Assembly: GCA_900317955.1 (NCBI GenBank)
Contig: ONIP01000012.1
Coordinates: 27,075 to 91,074, forward strand
DNA: 64,000 bases
Source of the DNA: an uncultured Bacteroidales bacterium
GTDB taxonomy: Bacteria > Bacteroidota > Bacteroidia > Bacteroidales > P3
Direction of reading: 5' to 3'
The notes under the pieces were generated by a model. That model saw nothing but the letters and a program-made list of their open reading frames with translations. It did no database searches and had not been told where the DNA came from. This document shows, one piece after another, positions 47,679 to 56,609 of this stretch (its first letter is position 1; every line of letters starts with the position of its first letter). The translations under genes were made by a program, and so were the position numbers.

Positions 47679-48587
47679 ATGTCAAGACATCGCAACACAA
47701 CAAAAGGCAATAATCAAGACATCGTAACCGAAGATATTGCTCCTGCAAAAAAACTCAGAAACGAGTTTGAAGAATCATATTGCATTATAATGGATGCCAA
47801 ACCTTTCCTTAAACGGGTGGTCTATGGCATACCGCAACGCACCAACGAACATGTCATCTTTCTCATTCGAGAAGGTAAAGCGTCCATTACCATCAACTTC
47901 AAAAAATATGAGTTGACGAAGGGCAACCTGGTCGTAATCCCAGCCAACTACATCGTCTACATCGAAAAATACTCTGAGGATCTCGACCCCTGGATGACAT
48001 ATTTCAACTTCAACACTGCTGAAGAAAAAGAACTTGTCGGCATTCAGGCCACTCATCTTACCCTCTCCGACAAAGAATACCGCAATGCCGAAGAATATTT
48101 CAACTTGATGTATGAATCCATCACCCAGCACAATAAAAGCAAGGAAGAATTCATGCACCTCGTCATGTCAATGCTCTTCCGAATCCAGTCGCTCGACGGG
48201 AGACGTCTCGCCAACCCCAAGAGCACCAAGATACCCAAGGTACAACAAATCAAGTCCCAATTCATCCACATGGTCGTCACCATGGACGAACCCCAGCTAA
48301 CTATTGCCGAATACGCCGAAAGACTCGGCATATCCGAAAACTACCTCAGCATCATCATCAAACAAGAAACCAAACAAACTGTCAAAAAGTGGATTGAACA
48401 AAAGACTGAGACCATCATCAAAATGCTTCTCGTCGATGAAGAAAACCACACACTCAACGAAATATCCGATATTGTTGGCTACAGTTCACCACCGCAAGTC
48501 GTGCGTTTCTTCAAGCGTCGCACCGGAATGACTCCCTACGAATACCGCAAACAAAAACTAATGGAAAAGAAAAAGGCTATCGAATAA
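47679..48587 (+). CDS. AraC-family transcriptional regulator
   Basis: The start was moved to the ATG at 47679. The N-terminus is cupin-like. The C-terminus has two HTH motifs (TIAEYAERLGISENYLSIIIKQ..., ...ISDIVGYSSPPQVVRFFKRRTGMTPYEYR). Confidence 0.85.
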   Translation: MSRHRNTTKGNNQDIVTEDIAPAKKLRNEFEESYCIIMDAKPFLKRVVYGIPQRTNEHVIFLIREGKASITINFKKYELTKGNLVVIPANYIVYIEKYSEDLDPWMTYFNFNTAEEKELVGIQATHLTLSDKEYRNAEEYFNLMYESITQHNKSKEEFMHLVMSMLFRIQSLDGRRLANPKSTKIPKVQQIKSQFIHMVVTMDEPQLTIAEYAERLGISENYLSIIIKQETKQTVKKWIEQKTETIIKMLLVDEENHTLNEISDIVGYSSPPQVVRFFKRRTGMTPYEYRKQKLMEKKKAIE

Positions 48588-48639
48588 TCCGGTACAAAAG
48601 CATTTCCCACTCGAAACATGGCATTCATAATTTACTTCC

Positions 48640-48668
48640 AAGCCCCGTCGCCATCCCCGACGGGGCTT
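48640..48668 (+). terminator. Hairpin terminator after the AraC gene
   Basis: aagccccgtcg/cgacggggctt form an 11-bp perfect stem with a 7-nt loop. The T-run is weak. Confidence 0.55.
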
Positions 48669-48753
48669 ATCTATTTCTGCCCATCTGAAACCCCATATCC
48701 ATCCCCCAAAAGGCTCAACCCATTTGCAACACAAGTCAATAAACACTAAAACA

Positions 48754-48812
48754 ACGTTTGTTCCTCCATTGCTTCACATTTTTAATGTATGAAACAATGG
48801 AGGAACAAACGT
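48754..48812 (-). terminator. Perfect 18-bp inverted repeat downstream of sbcC
   Basis: acgtttgttcctccattg (48754-48771) pairs with caatggaggaacaaacgt (48795-48812). The loop is 23 nt. A T-rich tract follows on the minus strand. Confidence 0.6.
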
Positions 48813-48898
48813 GACTTGGCAGCGGTTGGATTGGGCGAGGGAAGATTTCTTCCGGGAAATGGGAAGCACGAACCCTGCATCTGGCAGGAATCAAACAA

Positions 48899-51800
48899 TC
48901 AGTCGCAAACAACCTCTACTTTACTACGACCCTCGCCGTGGCGGGTTACGCGTATTTGTGTTCTGATGCGTTCATTCAGTTCCTCACGGTGTGAGATGAT
49001 ACCCACACGTCGATTGGACTGCCCTGCTATGGCTTGCAGTTTCTCCAACGTAGACATCACACTGTCCAAGCTTTTTTCGTCGAGTGTACCAAATCCCTCG
49101 TCAATGAAAAGTATGTTCACATTGAAATCGGGGCGGTTCAGCGACGAGAGTGCCAGCGACAAGGCCAACGACACCATAAACCTCTCACCTCCCGACAACA
49201 CTGTTGCACTCCGCACTGCATCCTTGTTGTAGCGATCCATAACCAGAATGGCCAAACGCTCGTTTTCTTCGCTGCATGTCAGCTTGTAGCGATCAGTAAT
49301 CTGCTCAAGGTAGATATTGGCATTGTTGAGCAAAGGCCGCAGGATATGGGTTTGAACCAATGTGCGGAAACGGGTGGAGCCAAAACGTTGGTTGATGGCA
49401 CTCCATTTGTTGAATTTGAGTGTGGCCAGTCGGCAAGCCTCCTCGGCCTGCGAAGCCCGTTTGCGGTTGGCCTCGTCGGCATCGAGGCTGCTTTTGGCCG
49501 TGGCATATTGGGCGGTAGCTTCGCCAAGCTGCGCCTGCAATGCCTCCTTGTCGGCCGTAAGCTGCGCCGAATCGGGGTCGGGGTCATGGGGATCCAGATG
49601 CAACGCTTCACGGCTCTCGGCAATAGTCTTAAAGGCTGCTTCATGGGCATCAGTGGCCGACTTCAAGTCTGCCTCAGCCTCCGAAACCTGTTTGCGGGCG
49701 GGCTCCAGTTGCTCTTTCTTGGCCATCAGCTGCTCAAGAGCCTCCTGGCTGCTGTCTGTCTGCTCATACCATAGTTGCAGTGAGGTACTACGTTCCATAG
49801 CCTTGGCCTCAAACTCGGTGATAGCCTCACGCAATTGAACCACATAGGAAAGCAGTTGGTGCCAGTCGGCTGGTTCTGCCTGCCGGGGCAGCGATTGCGG
49901 GGTCAGGGGCAATATCCAAGTAGGATGATACGTTTCAACCTGTTTTTTAATGTTGTCCATCTCGCTGTATTGAGCCTTCTGCCTTTCCAATTGCTCGGCA
50001 TCCTTCTTGTAGGTCTCGTTCTTTTGGTTGTAGGCGTTGGCATCGCTGGCAAGGCGAGTGCGCGTAGCTTCAACGTCCGTCTGCCAATCGGGGAAAAAAG
50101 CTCCAATGCAGTCGTTGATTTGGTTGATGCAATTGTCCACTGCCTTGTCAATCTCTTTGAGCCTTGCTGCATAGTTTTCTATGCTCTGACGATTTTGAAC
50201 AAGTTGGTTCCTGGCATCAGCCTCGAATTTTACGGCATCGGCGTGGGTCCTGAGCAACTGCTCCTTTTCTTTTTGCAAGTTTTGAATCTGCTTTTGCAAA
50301 GACTCGGCCTGCGATTGTTTGCCAAGAAGCGACTCTTTTTGGATAGAGAGTTCCGCCAGTGATTCGTCCACCTTGGTGGTAAAACGGTCGTTATACTCCC
50401 ACCCCTCGTTGCAAACCTCCTGCTTTAGGTGTTCTTCTGCCTCGCGGCATTTGGTCTGCTGCTTTTGACAGTCGGCCAACTGTGCTTCGTATTGTCCGTT
50501 CAGTTTGTCGTACTGCGACTTGGCACGGTCGCGTTCGGTGGTGGCTGTGTCCAGCGTCTGCTTTGCCTCGTTCAATGCTTTTTCGACCGGCGAAAGCAGG
50601 TGGACAAAATCCTCGTCGTGGCATATTGCAGCAAGGGGCTGACCGCAAAGTGGGCAGGTGGTGGCATGCTCGGCAACAAGACGGTGGCGTAGGGCTTTCA
50701 GGTCTTCTTCCAGACCGAACTTGAGGGTGTTGTATTGGGTGAGAACCGTTTCGTGGTTCTTCTGGGCTTGCGAGAACGCATCCTCGGCTGTCGCTGCATT
50801 GTTTTTGGCAGCATCTAATAGCTTCTTCTGTTCTGAGAGACTTGCTTTCGTCTTGGTAAGTTCCTCTACCATGCCGTCGAGCTGGGTGCGGCGTTCCTTC
50901 CAGTTTGAATAACGGTTCAAACGATTGTTCAAGTGCTCAAGTGCCTGGTTGATGCTGTCGGGGTCGAGTTTGGCTCGTTGGTCGATGAGGTTGTCAATGT
51001 CCTTCTGCTTGGCATTGACCGCAGTTTCTGCGGTCTTAGAGGCGGTTACCGCCTGCTGGAGGGCGTTCTCAAGTTGGGGAGTCTTGGCCTCTTCGTCGCC
51101 TTTGGATTTCAAATACCGCTGACGGTCTTCTTTCTGGGTATTGAGATTGTTGAGCAGAATATCAACTTCAGGAACACGGGCATACATGGCAACACGTTCT
51201 TTTTGGCTGTTGAGCCACGCCTCGGCTTGGTGGAGAGAGGCCTCGCACAGCCCGTTTTGTTGCTCCTGCCAAAGAAGGTTGGACGATAGCACAAGGTAAC
51301 GTTGGCGGCAGCGTTCCTCCTTTTCTTTGTTTTTGGATATGGCAGTCTGAGCCTCTTGCAGCTCTCTGAATTGTTCCCGCTGTGGCTCGGTTTTGTCCCA
51401 AGTGTCAACCAGCTGCTTCATAGCCTTGAAGTCATCGGTTTCCATCATGGCGCACAGCGGGGTAAGGCGTTGTTGCGCCATGCTGGCCTGGAGGCGGCCG
51501 TCGTGGATGCGGGTGGCCAGTTGCAGGCGACTGTCAAGTTCGTGCAATTGCTTTTCGAGTCGGGTTTTCTTCTCCCCTTCGATGTTGCATTGCTGCTGCA
51601 GTTGTTCTATCTGCTCGGGCGAAAGTCGATGGGACTGTTCGGTGGCGAGGGTGTTCTCGGCCATCTCCTTTTCTTTCTTTGCCCGGTCGAAGAGGGACTT
51701 GATTGCTTTGCCGTAAGCTGAGAAGATTTCGGTGTTGGTTAGTTGTTCGAGAATCTCTTCACGCTCTTTTTTTTCGCCGCAGAGGAATTGTGCGAACTGC

Positions 51801-52330
51801 CCCTGGGCAAGCATGGCCATGCGGTTGAACTGGGTGAAAGAAAGTCCCACAACTTGCTCTATAACGCTGTTGCGGTTATCGACCTTTACCCAGTCGGCGT
51901 TGCCTATTTTTACCGTCCACTTGGGGGTGCTGTAGCCTCCGGTACGTTTCATTCCCAAGTCAAGGCGGGCATAATAATCAATCCCGTCATTGCCTTCGAA
52001 ACGCACCATGCTGTAGCAATCGTCATGGGAAGATATGCCGAGACGGGTGTACTGTTCAATGCTTTTGATGCCAATAGTTTCTTTCGAATCTTTGAACATC
52101 TTGTATTCGTTGTGGGTGGAATCGACAACGGAGTTGAGACGGGGAGTGGTCTTGTAGAGGGCGAGGGTGATGCTGTCGAGCAGTGCCGATTTGCCTACAC
52201 CGGTGTCGCCGCAGATAAGGAATACAGGAGCCTGACGGCCTGTCTGTCCGTCGACCAAACCGGTTTCGAAGTTGATGTGAGCCTCTTCGATAGAGGCGAT
52301 ATTTCGGATATGAAGTTCTTTAATTTTCAT
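48899..52330 (-). CDS. sbcC: SbcC/Rad50-family ATPase (exonuclease subunit C)
   Basis: Walker A GDTGVGKSAL, long coiled coils, zinc hook CPLCGQPL, signature LSGGERFMVSLAL and Walker B LFIDEGFGTLD. The start was set at MKIKELHIRN (52330). Confidence 0.9.
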   Translation of the reverse strand: MKIKELHIRNIASIEEAHINFETGLVDGQTGRQAPVFLICGDTGVGKSALLDSITLALYKTTPRLNSVVDSTHNEYKMFKDSKETIGIKSIEQYTRLGISSHDDCYSMVRFEGNDGIDYYARLDLGMKRTGGYSTPKWTVKIGNADWVKVDNRNSVIEQVVGLSFTQFNRMAMLAQGQFAQFLCGEKKEREEILEQLTNTEIFSAYGKAIKSLFDRAKKEKEMAENTLATEQSHRLSPEQIEQLQQQCNIEGEKKTRLEKQLHELDSRLQLATRIHDGRLQASMAQQRLTPLCAMMETDDFKAMKQLVDTWDKTEPQREQFRELQEAQTAISKNKEKEERCRQRYLVLSSNLLWQEQQNGLCEASLHQAEAWLNSQKERVAMYARVPEVDILLNNLNTQKEDRQRYLKSKGDEEAKTPQLENALQQAVTASKTAETAVNAKQKDIDNLIDQRAKLDPDSINQALEHLNNRLNRYSNWKERRTQLDGMVEELTKTKASLSEQKKLLDAAKNNAATAEDAFSQAQKNHETVLTQYNTLKFGLEEDLKALRHRLVAEHATTCPLCGQPLAAICHDEDFVHLLSPVEKALNEAKQTLDTATTERDRAKSQYDKLNGQYEAQLADCQKQQTKCREAEEHLKQEVCNEGWEYNDRFTTKVDESLAELSIQKESLLGKQSQAESLQKQIQNLQKEKEQLLRTHADAVKFEADARNQLVQNRQSIENYAARLKEIDKAVDNCINQINDCIGAFFPDWQTDVEATRTRLASDANAYNQKNETYKKDAEQLERQKAQYSEMDNIKKQVETYHPTWILPLTPQSLPRQAEPADWHQLLSYVVQLREAITEFEAKAMERSTSLQLWYEQTDSSQEALEQLMAKKEQLEPARKQVSEAEADLKSATDAHEAAFKTIAESREALHLDPHDPDPDSAQLTADKEALQAQLGEATAQYATAKSSLDADEANRKRASQAEEACRLATLKFNKWSAINQRFGSTRFRTLVQTHILRPLLNNANIYLEQITDRYKLTCSEENERLAILVMDRYNKDAVRSATVLSGGERFMVSLALSLALSSLNRPDFNVNILFIDEGFGTLDEKSLDSVMSTLEKLQAIAGQSNRRVGIISHREELNERIRTQIRVTRHGEGRSKVEVVCD

Positions 52331-53567
52331 TGTCGGGAGATTGTGGGTCATCGTTGAGCCGACGAACCTCGGCTTCTACTTCTTTGAAGGCTTCGGCCAG
52401 TTCTTCGATATTAAATTCGGGATAGTGGCTTTGGGTTTGGCGTATGAAGTCCATGGGGTTGGTCATTTGCTGCAAATCGGCTACTTGGAAGAGGGGCTGG
52501 GAGCCAGTTTCCTCGTTTTGCGGGAGGTTGACCCAGAGAGGTTTGGGGTTGTAACGGATGTCTTGCTGAGAGGATTCGATGAATTGGTAGACCTGTTGGT
52601 TGAAATCGGGCGGGAGTATTACGCTGCCATCCAGCACGAAACGGAAGTAGAAGGAAGGATGATCCAAGGCAAATTGGCGGAGAGAGGCAAGGGCCTCGTC
52701 GGCCGAAGAAGCAGGGCCGTTGAGCGGGAGTTCATAGAAATGATGCTTTTCGTCGATACGGAGGCGCGTAAGTGTGACATTGCCGCCGTGACAGTCGATG
52801 TCGACAAGGCTGACGGTGTGGGGGTATTTCTCATCGCAACTAACGTGCAACGGGCTGCCGGAATAACGTATGACACCGGCGGGATAGATAGAGATGGGTT
52901 CGTGTTCACCGGGGTAGCCGAGGGTTTGCGGGCGATGTATATGGCCAAGAGCCATATAGTCGAAGCCACGGCCGAGGTCGTCGGGATTGACGGTTTGCAG
53001 ATGGCCGATGTCGACGTTGTGGCCGGTGAAATCAGTTCCTGTTACAGCGAGGTGCCCCATGAGAACCACTGGTTTCTGCCCGCTGTTGAGTTGAGAGACA
53101 TAATCGAGTATAGACTGGACAATGTCTTGACGAGAGCCGAGAGTAAAGGGCATGGCAACGATAAAACCCTGGGGAAGCTGGACGATGTAGTCGAGTTGCC
53201 AACCGTCGGGACGCGAGAGGCTGTCGGATGCAGGGGGGATGCCTACCAACTTTACGTTGCCCAGACTCCAGACGGCGTTGTCGGCATGGATGCGCGAGGC
53301 GGAGTCGTGGTTGCCGGCAGTGATGACTATGGCCATGTCGGGGAGGAGGTTGTGGAGGTGGACAAAATATTCGTTGAAACGGCGTTTGACCGTAGCACCG
53401 GGTTGCTGAATGTCGAAGATGTCGCCACTCACTACAAGGGCGTCGGGGCGATAGTCGAGGCACCATGATTCGAGCTGAGCGAAGAAATGGTCGTGCTCGT
53501 CGTCGCGGGAGTAGTCCTGATACATGATTTGACCAAGGTGGAGGTCGGCCGTGTGGATGATTCTCAT
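52320..53567 (-). CDS. sbcD: SbcD/Mre11-family nuclease (exonuclease subunit D)
   Basis: The phosphoesterase motifs HTADLHLG, SGDIFD, GNHD and GHLAV are present. It overlaps the sbcC start by 11 nt. Confidence 0.9.
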   Translation of the reverse strand: MRIIHTADLHLGQIMYQDYSRDDEHDHFFAQLESWCLDYRPDALVVSGDIFDIQQPGATVKRRFNEYFVHLHNLLPDMAIVITAGNHDSASRIHADNAVWSLGNVKLVGIPPASDSLSRPDGWQLDYIVQLPQGFIVAMPFTLGSRQDIVQSILDYVSQLNSGQKPVVLMGHLAVTGTDFTGHNVDIGHLQTVNPDDLGRGFDYMALGHIHRPQTLGYPGEHEPISIYPAGVIRYSGSPLHVSCDEKYPHTVSLVDIDCHGGNVTLTRLRIDEKHHFYELPLNGPASSADEALASLRQFALDHPSFYFRFVLDGSVILPPDFNQQVYQFIESSQQDIRYNPKPLWVNLPQNEETGSQPLFQVADLQQMTNPMDFIRQTQSHYPEFNIEELAEAFKEVEAEVRRLNDDPQSPDNEN

Positions 53568-53590
53568 GGCGAGGGAAGTTGAGTCTTACT

Positions 53591-53634
53591 AAAAGGGGAA
53601 TCCCCGTGCTACCCTGACAGGAGTACGGGGATTC
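53591..53634 (-). terminator. Terminator of the aminotransferase gene (minus strand)
   Basis: gaatccccgt/acggggattc form a 10-bp perfect stem, followed on the minus strand by cccTTTT. Confidence 0.7.
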
Positions 53635-53652
53635 AGGTAAATGGATGGGATA

Positions 53653-54855
53653 TTATTTCAGGTTGGCTAAAGCCTCTTTGATAAGACGGAGAGCCTCGCG
53701 TAGGAGTTCTTCGGAGGTTGCATAGCTGAGACGAATGCAGTCGTCATCGCCGAAGGCGGAGCCCATGACAGTGGCCACATTGGCTTCGTTGAGGAGGTAG
53801 AAGGCCATGTCGGTAGAGTTTTCGATTTTCTTGCCGTTGAAGCTCTTGCCATAGTAGGAGCTGACATCGGGGAAGAAATAGAAAGCACCCTGTGGGAGAC
53901 GCACTTTGAGGCCGGGGATGTCGCAGAGAAGTTTGTAGACCATGTCACGACGCTGACGGAAGATGTTGCGCATGTTGATAATGTCCTCGCTTGTGGCAGG
54001 ATCCATCTGCATGGCGCGGACGGTGGCTTTCTGGGCGATAGAGCAGGTGGCACTGGTTACCTGACCCTGGAGTTTGTTGCAAGCCTTGGCAATGACCAAC
54101 GGAGCAGCGATGAAACCGATACGCCAGCCTGTCATAGCAAAGCCCTTGGCGACACCGTTGACGGTGATGACGCGGTCTTTGACTTCGGGGAACTGGGCGA
54201 TGCTTTCGTGCTTGCCAACGAAGTTGATGTGCTCGTAGATTTCGTCGGCCATGACAAAGAGGTTCTCGTGTTTGGCCACGACATCGGCAATTCCTTTAAG
54301 CTCTTCTTTGGTGTAGAGCATGCCGGTGGGGTTGCTGGGGCTGGAGAACATGATGAGCTTGGTCTTGGGGGTGATAGCGGCCTCGAGTTGCTGAGGAGTG
54401 ACCTTGAAGTCGTTCTCGATGCTGGTTTTGACATAAACGCATTTGCCTTCGGCCACGCGAACGATTTCTTTGTAGGAGACCCAGAAGGGGGTGGGGATAA
54501 TCACCTCGTCGCCGGGGTTGACCAAGCACTGTACAAGCTGGTAGATGCTCTGCTTGGCACCGGTGGAAACGACGATTTGCTCGGGGGTGAAATCGAGATT
54601 GTTGTCGCGCTTGAACTTGTCGCATACGGCCTGGCGAAGGTCGGGATAGCCGGGGACGGGGGGATAGTGGGTGAAGTTGTCGTCGATGGCTTGTTTGGCA
54701 GCCTCTTTGACAGTTTCGGGAGTATTGAAATCGGGTTCGCCGATGGAAAGACTGATGACATCTTTGCCCTGAGCCTTGAGTTCACGTGCCTTTGCGGTCA
54801 TGGCGAGAGTTTCGCTCTCGGCCATGTTTAAAATTCTATTGCTAAGAATGTTCAT
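53653..54855 (-). CDS. aspC: Aspartate/class-I PLP-dependent aminotransferase
   Basis: The start was moved to the ATG at 54855 (MNILSNRILNMAESETLAMTAKARELKAQGKDVISLSIGEPDF). The PLP-lysine region is VNGVAKGFAMTGWRIG. Confidence 0.88.
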   Translation of the reverse strand: MNILSNRILNMAESETLAMTAKARELKAQGKDVISLSIGEPDFNTPETVKEAAKQAIDDNFTHYPPVPGYPDLRQAVCDKFKRDNNLDFTPEQIVVSTGAKQSIYQLVQCLVNPGDEVIIPTPFWVSYKEIVRVAEGKCVYVKTSIENDFKVTPQQLEAAITPKTKLIMFSSPSNPTGMLYTKEELKGIADVVAKHENLFVMADEIYEHINFVGKHESIAQFPEVKDRVITVNGVAKGFAMTGWRIGFIAAPLVIAKACNKLQGQVTSATCSIAQKATVRAMQMDPATSEDIINMRNIFRQRRDMVYKLLCDIPGLKVRLPQGAFYFFPDVSSYYGKSFNGKKIENSTDMAFYLLNEANVATVMGSAFGDDDCIRLSYATSEELLREALRLIKEALANLK

Positions 54856-54879
54856 GATACTGATTTTTAAATGATGTTG

Positions 54880-54935
54880 CAAAGATACGCATTTTTTTTA
54901 TAATTGCAGGGTTTTAAAAAAAAATTGTATATTTG
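54880..54935. promoter_or_regulatory. Divergent -7 boxes for aspC (minus, CAAAGATA at 54880-54887) and recA (plus, TATATTTG at 54928-54935)
   Basis: gttgCAAAGATAcgca and attgTATATTTGtag are both correctly oriented and spaced relative to the start codons. Confidence 0.55.
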
Positions 54936-54993
54936 TAGTTTGGTAAAGGAGGGCTATCGCCCTACAAAGTAACAACATAAATAATTGTAAATT

Positions 54994-56022
54994 ATGGCAA
55001 AAGATATGACAGATGCCGAGGCTCAGAAACTCGAAAAATTAAAGATTCTACAAAGCACATTAGATAAGATTGAAAAAAACTACGGCAAAGGCTCCGTGAT
55101 GAAACTGGGCGACCAGGCTTCGGTGAAGGTAGACGTGATATCGACCGGCAGCATAAATCTGGACGCAGCACTTGGTGTGGGAGGATTTCCAAAAGGGAGG
55201 ATAATAGAGATTTTCGGACCGGAATCGTCGGGTAAGACCACACTGGCCATACATGCAATAGCGGAATGCCAGAAGAACGGCGGAATTGCAGCGTTTATCG
55301 ATGCCGAACATGCTTTTGACAGTTTCTATGCCAAGAAGTTGGGTGTGGATATTGACAACCTGCTTGTATCGCAGCCCGATAACGGAGAGCAGGCACTTGA
55401 GATTGCAGACAACCTGATACGCTCGGGAGCGATAGACATAATAGTGGTTGACTCGGTGGCAGCGTTGACGCCCAAGGCAGAAATAGACGGGGAAATGGGA
55501 GACTCGAAAGTTGGCCTGCAAGCCCGCCTGATGAGCCAGGCCATGCGCAAGCTGACCTCGACCATAAGCAAAACCAACTGCTGCTGCATATTCATTAACC
55601 AGTTGCGCGAGAAAATCGGAGTGCTGTTTGGCAATCCAGAGACCACGACGGGCGGAAACGCTTTGAAGTTCTATGCTTCGGTGCGCGTCGACATAAGAAG
55701 AATCCAAGCCATAAAGGACGGCGACCAGAATGTGGGCAACCGTGTGAAGGTGAAGATTGTGAAGAACAAGGTGGCACCACCGTTCCGCACATGCGAGTTT
55801 GACCTGATGTTTGGCGAAGGCATTTCCAAACTGGGCGAGATTATCGACCTGGGCGTTGAACACGAGATTATCAAGAAGAGCGGTTCCTGGTTCAGTTATG
55901 GCGACACTAAACTGGCGCAGGGACGCGAAGCACTGAAACAGGTGCTGAGAGACAATCCTGAGCTGTGCGACGAACTGGAGACCAAGATACGTGCCTCGCT
56001 GAAAGAAAAGGCCAATGAATAA
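54994..56022 (+). CDS. recA: Recombinase RecA
   Basis: [21 protein letters not shown] and L2 loop regions. It is conserved throughout. Confidence 0.98.
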   Translation: MAKDMTDAEAQKLEKLKILQSTLDKIEKNYGKGSVMKLGDQASVKVDVISTGSINLDAALGVGGFPKGRIIEIFGPESSGKTTLAIHAIAECQKNGGIAAFIDAEHAFDSFYAKKLGVDIDNLLVSQPDNGEQALEIADNLIRSGAIDIIVVDSVAALTPKAEIDGEMGDSKVGLQARLMSQAMRKLTSTISKTNCCCIFINQLREKIGVLFGNPETTTGGNALKFYASVRVDIRRIQAIKDGDQNVGNRVKVKIVKNKVAPPFRTCEFDLMFGEGISKLGEIIDLGVEHEIIKKSGSWFSYGDTKLAQGREALKQVLRDNPELCDELETKIRASLKEKANE

Positions 56023-56606
56023 TGAAAAAAGTACTGACAGCCTTATTGCTGATAGTTTGCGGTGCCGCAGCCTCTGCCCAAGTGGACACAGTGGGCAGGG
56101 CTGGAACGCCTGCTGACACCAATTACTACTACGACACTGTGGAGTATTTCGCACCTAAGCGGAATCCGATATATTACTTCGGGAGCCCTTTTTGCGACCA
56201 TTTTTTCGAATTGAGGTGCATTCTGGGCGGGGGTGATATAGGGTTAGGTGCCATGTACACCTACCTGCCTGAGGTGTGGGGATTTAACGTGTCGGCATCT
56301 ATGATGGATGTAAAGTATTTCATGTTGTCGGGCGGAGCTGCATACAGACTTTCAAAGCCGTGGAGTGAATATGACTGGCATTTGTTCGGGAACGCCGGAA
56401 TTAGTTTCGACTATTTGGGCTCACCACGATTGAGACCCACAGTAGAGGCAGGCGTAAGGTTTGCATCGGCCATGGGGTTGGACAAACTCTGCATGAGTAG
56501 TGGCAGTTTGGGAATAATGACTGATTTCAACAGAGTGTATGCCACCTTTGGAATTGGACTGTCAATAAGCGCGATACTATCCATTTTCTTACTATTAGTT
56601 AGATAA
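56022..56606 (+). CDS. Secreted/outer-membrane-like hypothetical protein
   Basis: The signal peptide is [20 protein letters not shown]. Alternating aromatic and Gly-rich segments resemble a beta-barrel. The TAATG junction overlaps the recA stop. Confidence 0.55.
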   Translation: MKKVLTALLLIVCGAAASAQVDTVGRAGTPADTNYYYDTVEYFAPKRNPIYYFGSPFCDHFFELRCILGGGDIGLGAMYTYLPEVWGFNVSASMMDVKYFMLSGGAAYRLSKPWSEYDWHLFGNAGISFDYLGSPRLRPTVEAGVRFASAMGLDKLCMSSGSLGIMTDFNRVYATFGIGLSISAILSIFLLLVR

Positions 56607-56609
56607 ACG

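Noticed and set aside
48899-53567. The SbcC/SbcD pair could be a phage-defence module of the Rad50/Mre11-like type.
   Set aside because: It has the canonical sbcD-sbcC order and overlap, a zinc hook and standard sizes. There are no accessory defence genes, and the neighbours are housekeeping genes. I treat it as the ordinary DNA-repair nuclease.
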